A program made the translations under genes and the position numbers. Shown here in pieces: positions 18,951 to 27,823 of a stretch of 64,000 nt of DNA. The notes beneath the pieces were generated by a model. It was given only the letters and a program-made list of their open reading frames with translations, ran no database searches and was not told the DNA's origin. This DNA comes from Acidobacteriota bacterium. GTDB taxonomy: Bacteria > Acidobacteriota > Thermoanaerobaculia > Multivoradales > J023. Positions within the stretch are counted from its first letter, which is position 1, and every line of letters begins with the position of its first letter. The stretch covers positions 11,117 through 75,116 of the forward strand of contig JBCCVZ010000001.1 of the NCBI GenBank assembly GCA_039194425.1. Reading direction: 5' to 3'.

Positions 18951-19143
18951 CCGGTGCCTCCTGTGGAGTTGGGTGTGTCGGTGGGCTCCATCGGGCGCCG
19001 GCTCGGGGGTCCTCGGCTTGTCGATCTCTCGGAGACGACGTGGACGATGGAGCCGGCGCCCGATGCAGGCCACGGCCTGCGTCGTGGTGGGGACCGGCCC
19101 GGCGGGTGCCGGGCCGGGGCTGAATCCCTCGGTCGATCTCTCG

Positions 19144-19869
19144 CTACATCGGTGCGCCTCCTTTCCTCCGGGAGCGGACCGCCGCGAGCCAGCCGCGCAG
19201 CGCGGCCTCGAGTGCGGCGGCGTGGGTGGGTGTGGCGGCCTCGAGGGCCGCGGCGTCGAGAGGGAGGGGCTCGGACTCGGAATCGAGGTGGAGGCGGCAG
19301 GCGTCTGCAGCGGCGACGACGGTGAGCGGTGCGGTCTGCCCAGGCACGTGCAGCGTCATCCACTCGTCGCTCCGCGTGATGCGGGTGCCGCGCGCGAGCT
19401 CGGTGCGCGGGGGCAGCACGACCCCAGGGCCGAGGACGACGCCGCGGCCGAGAGTCGACCCGCGCCCGATGCGGGTGTCGCGGCCGAGGGAGCAGAACGC
19501 GCCGAGGCGGCTGTAGGCGCCGATCTGTGCGCGGCGCCCGATCTGGCCACCGATGCCGACGACGACGTCGTGCTCGAGCGCGGCCTCGAGCGCTAGGGCG
19601 ACGCCGTAGCCGAGGCGCGAGGCGGTGCCGACGCGGACGCTCGCCGAGAGGCGCGCGAGTTGGCCGATGCGCGCCCCGGGCCCGACGACGGCGCCGGGCG
19701 CGATCTGCGCGTCGACGTCGACCAGGGCGCCCTCGAGCAAGCGCACGCGGGGGCCGACGACAGCGCCGTGGCGGATCACGACGTGGCGCTCAGTGACGAC
19801 GTCGCGGTGGATCCGCGCGGTGGCCGCGACCTGGGTGCCGTGGCCGAGGATGGCGGAGACGTGGTGCAT
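19144..19869 (-). CDS. Hexapeptide-repeat (left-handed beta-helix) protein, acyltransferase-like or bactofilin-like
   Basis: Long run of imperfect [LIV]-G-x-x-x-x hexapeptide repeats. Start at the internal ATG (MHHVSAILGHG). Confidence 0.55.
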   Translation of the reverse strand: MHHVSAILGHGTQVAATARIHRDVVTERHVVIRHGAVVGPRVRLLEGALVDVDAQIAPGAVVGPGARIGQLARLSASVRVGTASRLGYGVALALEAALEHDVVVGIGGQIGRRAQIGAYSRLGAFCSLGRDTRIGRGSTLGRGVVLGPGVVLPPRTELARGTRITRSDEWMTLHVPGQTAPLTVVAAADACRLHLDSESEPLPLDAAALEAATPTHAAALEAALRGWLAAVRSRRKGGAPM

Positions 19870-20209
19870 CACGCGGCCTCCGGCGAGAGACGCACCGACC
19901 CGGCCGGAGCCGAGCCGGTGGGGACAGCGCACCCACACGCGTGTCCAGAGAAGCGCGGCCCCGCGGTCGGGTTGAGAGAGCGGGCTGCTGCTTGCGGGGC
20001 CGCGCCTCTCTGCACGCGCGAGCGGGTGCAACCCGGGGCGCCCGCCACGGAGGCGCCCCGGGACCTCATCCTGGGCTCCGCTCCGGCGTCGGCCGCGCGG
20101 GCCGTGGCCCCGCGCGGAGTCGACCGGGGCATCGCGCCGCGGCCGTCCGAGGCATGACCTCGGCCCGGTGCGTGCGGCAGCGCCCTCTGGTGCTCGGTGG
20201 TGAGACAAA

Positions 20210-20246
20210 GGGAGGCGGGGGCGGCTGAAGAGAGGACCGCCCCCGC
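20210..20246 (-). terminator. GC-rich hairpin downstream of the cro-proximal genes (putative intrinsic terminator or attenuator)
   Basis: GGCGGGGGCGG-(13 nt)-CCGCCCCCGCC perfect 11-bp stem just after the stop at 20264. No U-tract, as is common in high-GC genomes. Confidence 0.35.
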
Positions 20247-20263
20247 CGGGAGAGGACTCCAAG

Positions 20264-20818
20264 TCATGACGCGCCTCCGGCATCGAGGCGCGCGAAGTCG
20301 GCGAGACGCCGCGCGGCGGCATCCGAGGCGGGCCCGTCGGCCAGGGCGCGCCCTGCCTCGATGTGCCGGACGGCTGCAGCGTCGAGCGCGGAGAGCCAGG
20401 CCTCGACGACGGAGAGCAGGTCTGCGCGCGCGAACTGCAGGTGGTCGCCGCATCGCGCAGACCGCGACAGCTCCCGGATGGCGTACACGGCCCGCTGGCA
20501 CAGGGTGACGTCGGGAAGGAAGAGCAGCTCGAGTCTCTCTACGAGCGCGGAGGGACGCGTGAGGCTGGACCGATCGGTCGCCTGGGCGGCCAAGCAGGCC
20601 AGCTCGCAGACGGCGGAGCGCACGGCGGCACGCTGGAGGCGCTGGGTGAAGCCGAAGCTCGGCGGGTCGTGCAGGGTGCAGCATGCCGCGAGGTAGAGGG
20701 CTTGATACACGAGGATCTCGAGCTGAGTCGGCGGCCGGTCGGGCGTCGGGGCCTCGAGCGCTCGGCGCAGATCGCGGTACAGGGTCGGCGGAGCGTGGGT
20801 GGGATCGGCACGGGTCAT
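20264..20818 (-). CDS. Hypothetical protein
   Basis: Coupled to the upstream membrane protein gene. Confidence 0.5.
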   Translation of the reverse strand: MTRADPTHAPPTLYRDLRRALEAPTPDRPPTQLEILVYQALYLAACCTLHDPPSFGFTQRLQRAAVRSAVCELACLAAQATDRSSLTRPSALVERLELLFLPDVTLCQRAVYAIRELSRSARCGDHLQFARADLLSVVEAWLSALDAAAVRHIEAGRALADGPASDAAARRLADFARLDAGGAS

Positions 20819-21213
20819 GCCGCCTCCTGTGCGGGGTGCTCGACAGGCGCGGCGGCCGGGGTGGGCTCGGGGTCGAGGCGTCGTCCGCTGGCCAGGGCCT
20901 GGAGCAGGGCGCCTTGCCGCTCGGCGGGTGCCGCAGCGATCTGGCGGATTGCCTTCTGAATGTCGAGCAGGACGCGGCGCCCGCGCTCGGCGTCAGCGCG
21001 GGCCGCGGAGGCGTCGAGCCAGCGCGCGCCCTGGACTGCCGCGACCAGGCCGCCGGGGAGGCCGACGACGGCGAGGACGAGGAGCCACGTGAGCGCCAGC
21101 ACCGCGGCGAGCACCAGGCCGACCGCCAGGGCGGCGAGGGTGGCGACGCCGGCGAGGAGGGTGCTCAAGCCGACGAGGAGCAGGCCGAGCGACTTCATTC
21201 TGCGCTCTTCCAA
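20815..21213 (-). CDS. Small integral membrane protein
   Basis: Two to three TM helices (LLLVGLSTLLAGVATLAALAVGLVLAAVLALTWLLVLAVVGL). Confidence 0.5.
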   Translation of the reverse strand: MEERRMKSLGLLLVGLSTLLAGVATLAALAVGLVLAAVLALTWLLVLAVVGLPGGLVAAVQGARWLDASAARADAERGRRVLLDIQKAIRQIAAAPAERQGALLQALASGRRLDPEPTPAAAPVEHPAQEAA

Positions 21214-21404
21214 AGGTGGTAGAGCTCTTCGACCGTGATTTCGAAGAACGCCGCAATGGCGAGAGCGTCCTCGAGCTTGAGGTCGTCTCGGTGGCCGCGT
21301 TCGATCGCACTCAGCTTCGATTCGCTGATTCCGACCCGTTCGGCCATCTCAGCCAGCTGGAGGTTAATGTCGAGGCGACGTTGGCGAAGAGGGGTGGTGT
21401 CCAT
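21195..21404 (-). CDS. Cro-like XRE-family HTH regulator (69 aa)
   Basis: HTH LQLAEMAERVGISESKLSAIERG. Heads the leftward early operon, divergent from the cI-like gene. Confidence 0.8.
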   Translation of the reverse strand: MDTTPLRQRRLDINLQLAEMAERVGISESKLSAIERGHRDDLKLEDALAIAAFFEITVEELYHLWKSAE

Positions 21405-21504
21405 AGAGGGAAAATACCACGATTGTGGTATTTATCAACCATGAATACCACAATCGAGGTATCTCAATTGCAAAACCGGCCTCTACCCGCGTACCATTTG
21501 GGCA
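21405..21504. promoter_or_regulatory. Divergent promoter/operator region of the cro-like/cI-like switch
   Basis: Two operator-like inverted repeats: ATACCAC-GATT-GTGGTAT at 21414-21431 and ATACCAC-AATC-GAGGTAT at 21446-21463. A third, CCATT-N5-AATGG, overlaps the cI-like start. The region is AT-rich. Confidence 0.55.
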
Positions 21505-21897
21505 ATGGACTTCGCCCGAAAGCTTGGAGCCGAAATCGCGAGAAAGCGCGAGGCCGCGGGGCTAACTCAGCGGGATCTGGCTGACCGCCTCGGTCAGGCC
21601 GCAATCAGTTCGGTTTCAGCTTGGGAGACAGGCTCCCGGGGAATTTCCGTCGAGAACCTGGTTCGCGTCGCTCGGGCCCTTGGGGCGCATCCGGAACGTC
21701 TGCTGGTCGCAGCTTTGGGCCCAGATGGTACTGGCGAGTTCGTCCATGACGAGCTGCGAGAAGAGGTTGAGGACGCCGCAGGCGATGGAGTGTTCGAGAC
21801 CCTCGTTCTCGAGCGGCTAGATCGTCTCGAGGCCAATTTGGCCGACGAGGTTCGACAGATCGTCGAAGCGGTCAAAGCGCTAAGAATTAGCGTTTGA
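21505..21897 (+). CDS. CI-like XRE-family HTH repressor (130 aa)
   Basis: N-terminal HTH (LTQRDLADRLGQAAISSVSAWETG) plus a C-terminal dimerisation-like helix. Confidence 0.8.
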   Translation: MDFARKLGAEIARKREAAGLTQRDLADRLGQAAISSVSAWETGSRGISVENLVRVARALGAHPERLLVAALGPDGTGEFVHDELREEVEDAAGDGVFETLVLERLDRLEANLADEVRQIVEAVKALRISV

Positions 21898-22774
21898 GTA
21901 TTTCCAGGCGGTCTCGTGTCTCCTGGATGGCTGCGGTGTCGAGGCGTCCTCTATCAGCCAGGTTCATCAGTGAGATGAGAACGCGGCGTGCATAAGAGTC
22001 TGCCCCGAGCCGTCCGAGCAGTCTGAAGGCCCAAGCCGCCGTACTGAGGGATTTCTGGCGGCCGGAAGCAACTAGTATTGCTGCCAAATCGGTTGCTGCA
22101 AGCGCCGAGTCAATGGGGAACCCCGCTTCGAGGAAAGAGTCGATTGCGGTCGAAACGGCCTCTTCAGCGCCTTCTAGGGCGTCCGCGGTAGCAAGAATCG
22201 ATCCGACGAGCCAGGAGAGGCGGGCCCTGTCGAGATGCTCGTCGCTAGGTATCTCGCGCTGGGCGGCTGCGAGTCGTGACGTCGCCTCATGCGTGTTGCC
22301 AAGGCGAGCGTGTGCAGCAATGAGGTTGAAGGTGCGAACAATCGAGTATCGTCGCGGAAAGCCGTCTGGCTTGCTCATCTCGGTTGCCTCGATTGCCTCT
22401 TTGGGCCGAGACGCATATAGCAACACTCCGCCGAGGTCCACCAATCGGCGATTCTCGTCGAGCGCTCCGCGCAGTACAGCTCTCCGCGCGAGAACTACGG
22501 CCCGCTCGTAGTCGCCCTTTGCTAGGCGAAGGGACGCAAAGCGGATCAAGAGGTCGCGCTCTTCGTCGGCGCGGCCAGCGGTCAGGTTGCCCGCTGCCGC
22601 GAGAGAGGTCCCAGCTTGGCGGAGTCGTCCAGTTGCTCGGCACGCAGATCCGAACAAGGCGAGCCGCCGACGGAGCGGCTCGCCTGCACTATCGTCTACC
22701 AGGGCAGCTCTCGCTGCATCGTAGGCAGCATGAGGCTGCCACATGATGAGCTCTTCGATCTGCTCTGGGTCCAC
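21887..22774 (-). CDS. TPR-like helical-repeat protein
   Basis: All-alpha with Ala/Leu-rich repeats. Convergent with the cI-like gene. Confidence 0.45.
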   Translation of the reverse strand: MDPEQIEELIMWQPHAAYDAARAALVDDSAGEPLRRRLALFGSACRATGRLRQAGTSLAAAGNLTAGRADEERDLLIRFASLRLAKGDYERAVVLARRAVLRGALDENRRLVDLGGVLLYASRPKEAIEATEMSKPDGFPRRYSIVRTFNLIAAHARLGNTHEATSRLAAAQREIPSDEHLDRARLSWLVGSILATADALEGAEEAVSTAIDSFLEAGFPIDSALAATDLAAILVASGRQKSLSTAAWAFRLLGRLGADSYARRVLISLMNLADRGRLDTAAIQETRDRLEILKR

Positions 22775-22780
22775 CTGTGG

Positions 22781-23005
22781 TCATCCTCCTGGAACGAGCG
22801 CGGGGCCAATCTCGGGGTCCGCGGGGTCATCGTCGCCGTCGATGGACTCGGTGTTGCATTCGCCTCCAGTGACGACCTCGTAGATCTCGCAGAGGACGTC
22901 CATTACGACGTCCTCGACGGTCTGGGCGTCGTCGGCGAAGGCCGACGGCGACATGAAGAGGAGCAAGGCGATGAGGACGATGAGACGCGTCGTGTGGGTG
23001 CGCAT
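22781..23005 (-). CDS. Small secreted acidic protein (74 aa)
   Basis: Signal peptide (LIVLIALLLFMSPSAFA). Acidic Cys-containing mature part. Confidence 0.4.
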   Translation of the reverse strand: MRTHTTRLIVLIALLLFMSPSAFADDAQTVEDVVMDVLCEIYEVVTGGECNTESIDGDDDPADPEIGPALVPGG

Positions 23006-23301
23006 GAGTCTCTCCTGGTGGTCGTAGCCGACCGGGCGGCATGCTCGGTCGCTCGACCGTGCCGGTCAGGAGGCTATCGCCGCATCGTCCTCGACGCTTG
23101 ATCCCGCGATCTGCTGTCAAGACATCTTGCCTGCGCGTCGGCTCCGCGTCAAGGACTGTTGCGGCGATCTCTCCGGCGGTTCTGTTAGGTTCAGACCCCC
23201 ATCCGCACAGAAGGTTGAGAGGGTTCAATGCATCGATCTAAATATCTGTCCGTCCCTGGCTTTCCTCTCTGCGCGCCGAAGCTCGCCGGCGAGGCGCGCC
23301 G

Positions 23302-23745
23302 ATGAAAGGGCGGCGCCTGCTCGTTCTCGTCGGCGGCGCGGCGGCGTTCTCGCTTCTGGTGGTTGCCATGGTGTTGGTCGATGCGTCGTTGCCGTCGAAA
23401 CCGACGCCGTCGAGCGCTGGAGCGGGAGATCTTGGCCCGCCTGGATGGACTCCGCCTCCACCGCCACCGCCTCCACTGCCTGAAGCCACGTTCGACGTCG
23501 AGTTCGACACGTGTGGCCCGCCCATCAAAGGCACGGTGGTGAACACCGGAACCTTCCCCGTCCGGGATGTGTCTGTGCTGGGGTTCGCTCTGGGCGAAGA
23601 CGGGAGCACTCTCGACTTCGGCATGGACCGAACCGCTGAAGGCATGGTTCTCTCGCCGGGCGACCAGGCCCGCTTCTCGATTCCAATTTCGATGAGCGGA
23701 GCGTCCAGCTGTCGCATCGAGGCGGGGGACTACAACGATGCCTAA
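23302..23745 (+). CDS. Membrane-anchored protein with poly-Pro linker
   Basis: N-terminal signal anchor. A PPPPPPPP linker. Immediately precedes the giant pentapeptide-repeat gene. Confidence 0.45.
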   Translation: MKGRRLLVLVGGAAAFSLLVVAMVLVDASLPSKPTPSSAGAGDLGPPGWTPPPPPPPPLPEATFDVEFDTCGPPIKGTVVNTGTFPVRDVSVLGFALGEDGSTLDFGMDRTAEGMVLSPGDQARFSIPISMSGASSCRIEAGDYNDA

Positions 23746-23759
23746 GTGGTGCTGGCGTC

Positions 23760-26009
23760 ATGCTGCCTCCAATGAGGAGCAAGAGGCTGTACTCTCATCG
23801 GTGGGCTCGAGGAGAGCCAGGATTGGGGAGAGATGTCTTGCCGGAACCAAACCCTGAACACTTGGAGAGACTGCAGGAGGGCGCTGAGGCGTGGAACAGC
23901 TGGTGTAGGGAAAAGGTGGTCCTCCGGTTGGATCGGAGGGGCGAGCTTGAGGGCGTCGAGCGCCAGCGCGCCGATCTCCCAGGCGCCAACCTCGCAGGCG
24001 CCAATCTCCACGGCGCCGATCTCGAGGCAGCCAATTTCCAGGGCGCCGATCTCGCAGACGCCAATCTCCAGGGCGCCAACCTCATATGCGCCAATCTCCA
24101 GGGCGCCAACCTCGCAGACGCCAATCTCCACGGCGCCAAGCTCCAGGGCGCCAACCTCGCAGACGCCAATCTCCAGGGCGCAATTCTCACGCGCGCGAAT
24201 CTCCAGGATGCCAACCTCCAGGGCTCCGTGCTCGCGCGCGCCGCGCTCCACGGCGCCAATCTCCACAGCGCCAAGCTCCTAGGCGCTGCGCTCACCGCCG
24301 CCAATCTCCAGGGCGCAATTCTCACGTGCGCAAGTCTCCAGGATGCCGATCTCCAGGGCGCCGAGCTTGCGCGCGCCGACCTCCACTTCGCCAAGCTCCA
24401 GGGCGCCAACCTCGCAGACGCCAATCTCCACGGCGCCAAGCTCGCAGACGCCAATCTCCACGGCGCCAATCTCCAGCGCGCCGAGCTCGCGCGCGCTGAT
24501 CTCCAGGGCGCCAATCTTCAGAGCGCCAAGCTCCAGGGCGCCGAGCTCCAGCGGGCCGAGCTCCAGGGCGCCAACCTCGCAAGCGCCAATCTCCGGAGCG
24601 CCAAGCTCCAGGGCGCTACGCTCGCCGCCGCCAATCTCCAGAGCGCAATTCTCACGCGCGCGAATCTCCAGGATGCCAACCTCCAGGGCTCCGTGCTCGC
24701 GCGCGCCGCGCTCCAGCGCGCCGCGCTCCAGGGCGCCAGGCTCCAGGGCGCCAATCTCCAGGGCGCGACGCTTCAGGGCGCTACGCTGTCCGCCCCTCGC
24801 GAAGGCTTCACTTCCTGGATGACCGAGATCCAGCACATCAATCTCGCGCGCGCCAGGGTCCGGGTCGCTGAGCTCCAGGGCGCCGATCTCCAAGACGCAA
24901 ATCTCGCGCGTGCCAAGCTCCAGGGCGCCAATCTCCAGGGCACCGTTTTCCAGGGCGCCGTTCTCAAAGGCGCCATGCTCCAGGGCGCAGTTCTCCGGGA
25001 CGTCGATCTCCAGGGCGCCGAGCTCTCGAGGGCTGCGCTTCACGACGCCAATCTTCAGAGCGCCAAGCTCCAGGGCGCCTGTCTTCAGGGCACCCAGCTC
25101 CAGGGCGCCAAGCTCCAGGGCGCAGTTCTCACGCGCGCGGATCTTCAAGGCGCAAGTCTCGCGCACGCCAAGCTCCAGGGTGCCCAGCTCCAGGGCACCA
25201 ATCTCGCGCGTGCCGATCTCCACGGCGCAAGTCTCCAGGGCGCAAAGCTCGGAAAGGCCCTTCTTGTCGATGCCAACCTTCGGGACGCTAGGATCGAGAA
25301 GGCAGACCTTCGGGGCGCCCAGCTCGGAGGAGAGCTCGCCGGCGCGAACTTTCGTGGGGCGAACCTTGAGGATGTGAGAGTCAGTAGAAGGCAGGCAGAC
25401 CTTCGACTTGACCGAAACTTCATCCGCGGTGCACGCTTCTCTCCGAAGGCCGCCGATCCGTGGTCTGTGCTGCGTCGGAACTATACAGGTTCGCGGCTAC
25501 TGTTCCACCTTCTCCTCCTTGTGGCTTTTGTGCTGCCGTACATAGCTCGGTCTCTGATGTGGGTGGGCGTGAACCACTCCCAACGGGCAATTGAACACTC
25601 GACGTTGACGCTCAAGGCTGTTGCTAACAATCTCGAAACCACCGCAGATCCAAACGCTCAAGCCGTGGCGCAGATCGCCGAGCGTCTCGGTCAGATGGAA
25701 GCCTGCTTGGCGGAAACATGTAAGGAGTTCTATGTTTGGGAGGTACTCCTTGGCGTGGACCAGGGCGTCGAGCGATGGATGTTGACGGTCGCCGTCCTAC
25801 TCTACAACCTGTTGCGTGGCGTGCTGACCTGGAAGGTGGGACCTTTGCGGGACGAGGAGGAGCGAACGGACACCACGCCAGCGCTCGATTCGTACCTTTG
25901 GCTCTTCTACCTTCACCGAGTGGCGACGGTTCTTCTCGTCGTCGCGGTGGTGGCGTTTGCCTACAGCACCGCTCAGTGGCTGTCCCTGACGGTGTCTCTG
26001 CCTGCCTGA
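23760..26009 (+). CDS. Giant pentapeptide-repeat protein with C-terminal polytopic membrane domain
   Basis: About 100 consecutive A(N/D)LxG pentapeptide repeats. An N-terminal AWNSWCREK motif common to pentapeptide-repeat proteins. The C-terminal 180 aa contains at least four TM helices. Confidence 0.8.
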   Translation: MLPPMRSKRLYSHRWARGEPGLGRDVLPEPNPEHLERLQEGAEAWNSWCREKVVLRLDRRGELEGVERQRADLPGANLAGANLHGADLEAANFQGADLADANLQGANLICANLQGANLADANLHGAKLQGANLADANLQGAILTRANLQDANLQGSVLARAALHGANLHSAKLLGAALTAANLQGAILTCASLQDADLQGAELARADLHFAKLQGANLADANLHGAKLADANLHGANLQRAELARADLQGANLQSAKLQGAELQRAELQGANLASANLRSAKLQGATLAAANLQSAILTRANLQDANLQGSVLARAALQRAALQGARLQGANLQGATLQGATLSAPREGFTSWMTEIQHINLARARVRVAELQGADLQDANLARAKLQGANLQGTVFQGAVLKGAMLQGAVLRDVDLQGAELSRAALHDANLQSAKLQGACLQGTQLQGAKLQGAVLTRADLQGASLAHAKLQGAQLQGTNLARADLHGASLQGAKLGKALLVDANLRDARIEKADLRGAQLGGELAGANFRGANLEDVRVSRRQADLRLDRNFIRGARFSPKAADPWSVLRRNYTGSRLLFHLLLLVAFVLPYIARSLMWVGVNHSQRAIEHSTLTLKAVANNLETTADPNAQAVAQIAERLGQMEACLAETCKEFYVWEVLLGVDQGVERWMLTVAVLLYNLLRGVLTWKVGPLRDEEERTDTTPALDSYLWLFYLHRVATVLLVVAVVAFAYSTAQWLSLTVSLPA
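23940..24800 (+). repeat. DNA-level 15/30-bp periodic tandem repeat (ggcgccaa(c/t)ct(c/g)c(a/g)g...) encoding the pentapeptide repeats
   Basis: Visible in the nucleotide sequence as near-identical ggcgccaacctcgcagacgccaatctccagggcgcc units. Confidence 0.7.
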
Positions 26010-26052
26010 TTCAGGCTCTCAACCATTTCCGCATTCCGGGGTCTCGCCCCGT

Positions 26053-26232
26053 ATGCGGACCCTCCTCCCCCGGCCCCGCCCCCGCCAGCGCCCCGCGCTG
26101 GCAGTCCTTCTCGTGCTCGCTCTCCTCGTCGGTTTCGTGCTCGGCCGCGTCACGGCGCCGGCGCCGGCGGAGCTGGCCGCGCTCGAGGCGCGTGTCGAGG
26201 CTCTGCAAAAAGCTCTCGAGACGATGCCGTGA
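26053..26232 (+). CDS. Unannotated small membrane/coiled-coil protein (59 aa)
   Basis: ATG at 26053 (MRTLLPRPRPRQRPALAVLLVLALLVGFVLGRV...ELAALEARVEALQKALETMP). The stop overlaps the GTG start of the SymE-like gene (GTGA). Below the ORF-track size cutoff. Confidence 0.4.
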   Translation: MRTLLPRPRPRQRPALAVLLVLALLVGFVLGRVTAPAPAELAALEARVEALQKALETMP

Positions 26233-26468
26233 TTCCGAAGAATCTACGTGTCGGGCGAAGAATCTACGAATCCCGAGGGTATGTCTTCGGTCGATCGATT
26301 CCCGGCGGCAGGGAGCGTGCGGTGCCGTACGTGCGCATCTCGGGCGACTGGCTCGTCCGGCTGGGCTTCACGATCGGAGCCGAGCTCGAGGTGGAGGCGC
26401 GGCCGGACGAGGGGGCGCTCGTGCTTCGGACATCACGCGCTACTGGACAGACTCGGACTGTCCAGTAG
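26229..26468 (+). CDS. SymE-like AbrB-fold toxin homolog (type I TA family)
   Basis: VPYVRISGDWLVRLGFTIGAELEVEARPDEGALVL matches the SymE core ([33 protein letters not shown]). Confidence 0.6.
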   Translation: MIPKNLRVGRRIYESRGYVFGRSIPGGRERAVPYVRISGDWLVRLGFTIGAELEVEARPDEGALVLRTSRATGQTRTVQ

Positions 26469-26645
26469 TCGGCGGCGCGCAACGCCCGGGCGCGAATCTT
26501 GCTGCGGCATCAGCGGGATACTATTTGCCGGCGTACGTCGTTTTTTGTGTACACTTCAGACTCTCCCTAATCGGTCCTTGACCTCGCTCTCCAGCTATTT
26601 TCCCTCTAGACTGGAAGAATCGACTGCCGGAATCGGAGAAGGACA

Positions 26646-27341
26646 GTGGCAGATCCAGAGCTTGTCTCTCTCCTGCGATCGAGTCCATGGAGATGGAACG
26701 ACTTCAGGAGGCGGAATCACTCGGCCTGGCAAGCGGACCTTACCGAGGCCGACCTCAGCCTGGCGGCCCTCAGCGACATCAACCTCACGAGAGCCAACCT
26801 CAGCGGCGCGAACCTTACCGACACCGACCTCAGCGGAGCGAATCTTACCGACACCAACCTCAGCGACGCCAACCTGAGCGGAGCGAATCTCAGCGAAGCA
26901 AACCTCAGCGGAGCCTACCTCAGTGGCGCCAACCTCGGCGATGCCAACCTCAGCGACGCCAGTCTCATCGGGTCCAACCTTAGCGACGCGAACCTCAGCA
27001 ACGCCAACCTCTTCGCTGCTCGCGTCATGGGTGCGGACCTCACCAGAGTCAACCTCTCGGGCGCCAAAATCGTCGGCGCAAGCTTTGGTGGCGCCTACAT
27101 CCGGCACGGCATCTTGCGAAACAAGCTCTCCGCCCTCATGCTAGTTCGCGGACACAGGAAGGAGTTTTCTGTCGACCGGCTAGCCGCTGTTCCCGACCTT
27201 GCCGATATTGCGATCATCTCGCCCTCTGGCACCTCAATGGAGATGATTGATCGCATCACTTGGGCGCTTGACCAGCTGGTGCAAGCTATTGAAGAAGACG
27301 AGGGGCGGGGTTCTGGTTCCGCAGCCGGCGGTGCGGCATGA
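26646..27341 (+). CDS. Pentapeptide-repeat protein (231 aa)
   Basis: N-terminal WRWNDFRRRN motif, then about 25 A(N/D)LSG repeats. Confidence 0.8.
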   Translation: MADPELVSLLRSSPWRWNDFRRRNHSAWQADLTEADLSLAALSDINLTRANLSGANLTDTDLSGANLTDTNLSDANLSGANLSEANLSGAYLSGANLGDANLSDASLIGSNLSDANLSNANLFAARVMGADLTRVNLSGAKIVGASFGGAYIRHGILRNKLSALMLVRGHRKEFSVDRLAAVPDLADIAIISPSGTSMEMIDRITWALDQLVQAIEEDEGRGSGSAAGGAA

Positions 27342-27823
27342 GCCCTAAGAATGAGCGCGAGCAGCACGATCGGCAGGAGATAGAGCTCAAGGCTGCACTC
27401 GGATCGATCCGCATAAGCCGAGACCTTCAAGAATCTGCAGGCCCGAGAAGTCTTGCCGATGTCAAGAAACAAGTCTGGCTCGATCTGCTGTCAATAGCCA
27501 CCGCGCCGACCGGTATTGTCGCTACGCTGCTCCAAGGGGTGATTCGGCTCATTGAGGTCATCACCTTTAGTACTGGTGGTTCCAGGCACAATCCTGATTC
27601 TGGCGGTCCAAGCGGAAAACTGTCTGACGGGCGGAGGCGCCTTTCTCGCGCCGAGGCCTTGGCTGAGATTGATCGCCTCGTGGCTTCGACCGGCGGACAG
27701 ATCATCGAAGTGGAAGGCCAGCCATTGATTGTGTTGGGCGACAACAACCCAGCGCAGTTGGGCCAGCCAGAATCGGCCCTGCGACTGGTTGAAAGCGACG
27801 CTGATACAGACGAGTCGGCTTGA
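27338..27823 (+). CDS. Hypothetical protein coupled to the pentapeptide-repeat gene
   Basis: ATGA overlap. No recognised domain. Confidence 0.5.
   Translation: MSPKNEREQHDRQEIELKAALGSIRISRDLQESAGPRSLADVKKQVWLDLLSIATAPTGIVATLLQGVIRLIEVITFSTGGSRHNPDSGGPSGKLSDGRRRLSRAEALAEIDRLVASTGGQIIEVEGQPLIVLGDNNPAQLGQPESALRLVESDADTDESA

Noticed and set aside
23940-24800. Regular short DNA repeats that could be mistaken for a CRISPR array
   Set aside because: There are no unique spacers between the repeats. The periodicity (15/30 bp) encodes A(N/D)LxG pentapeptide repeats within one continuous ORF.
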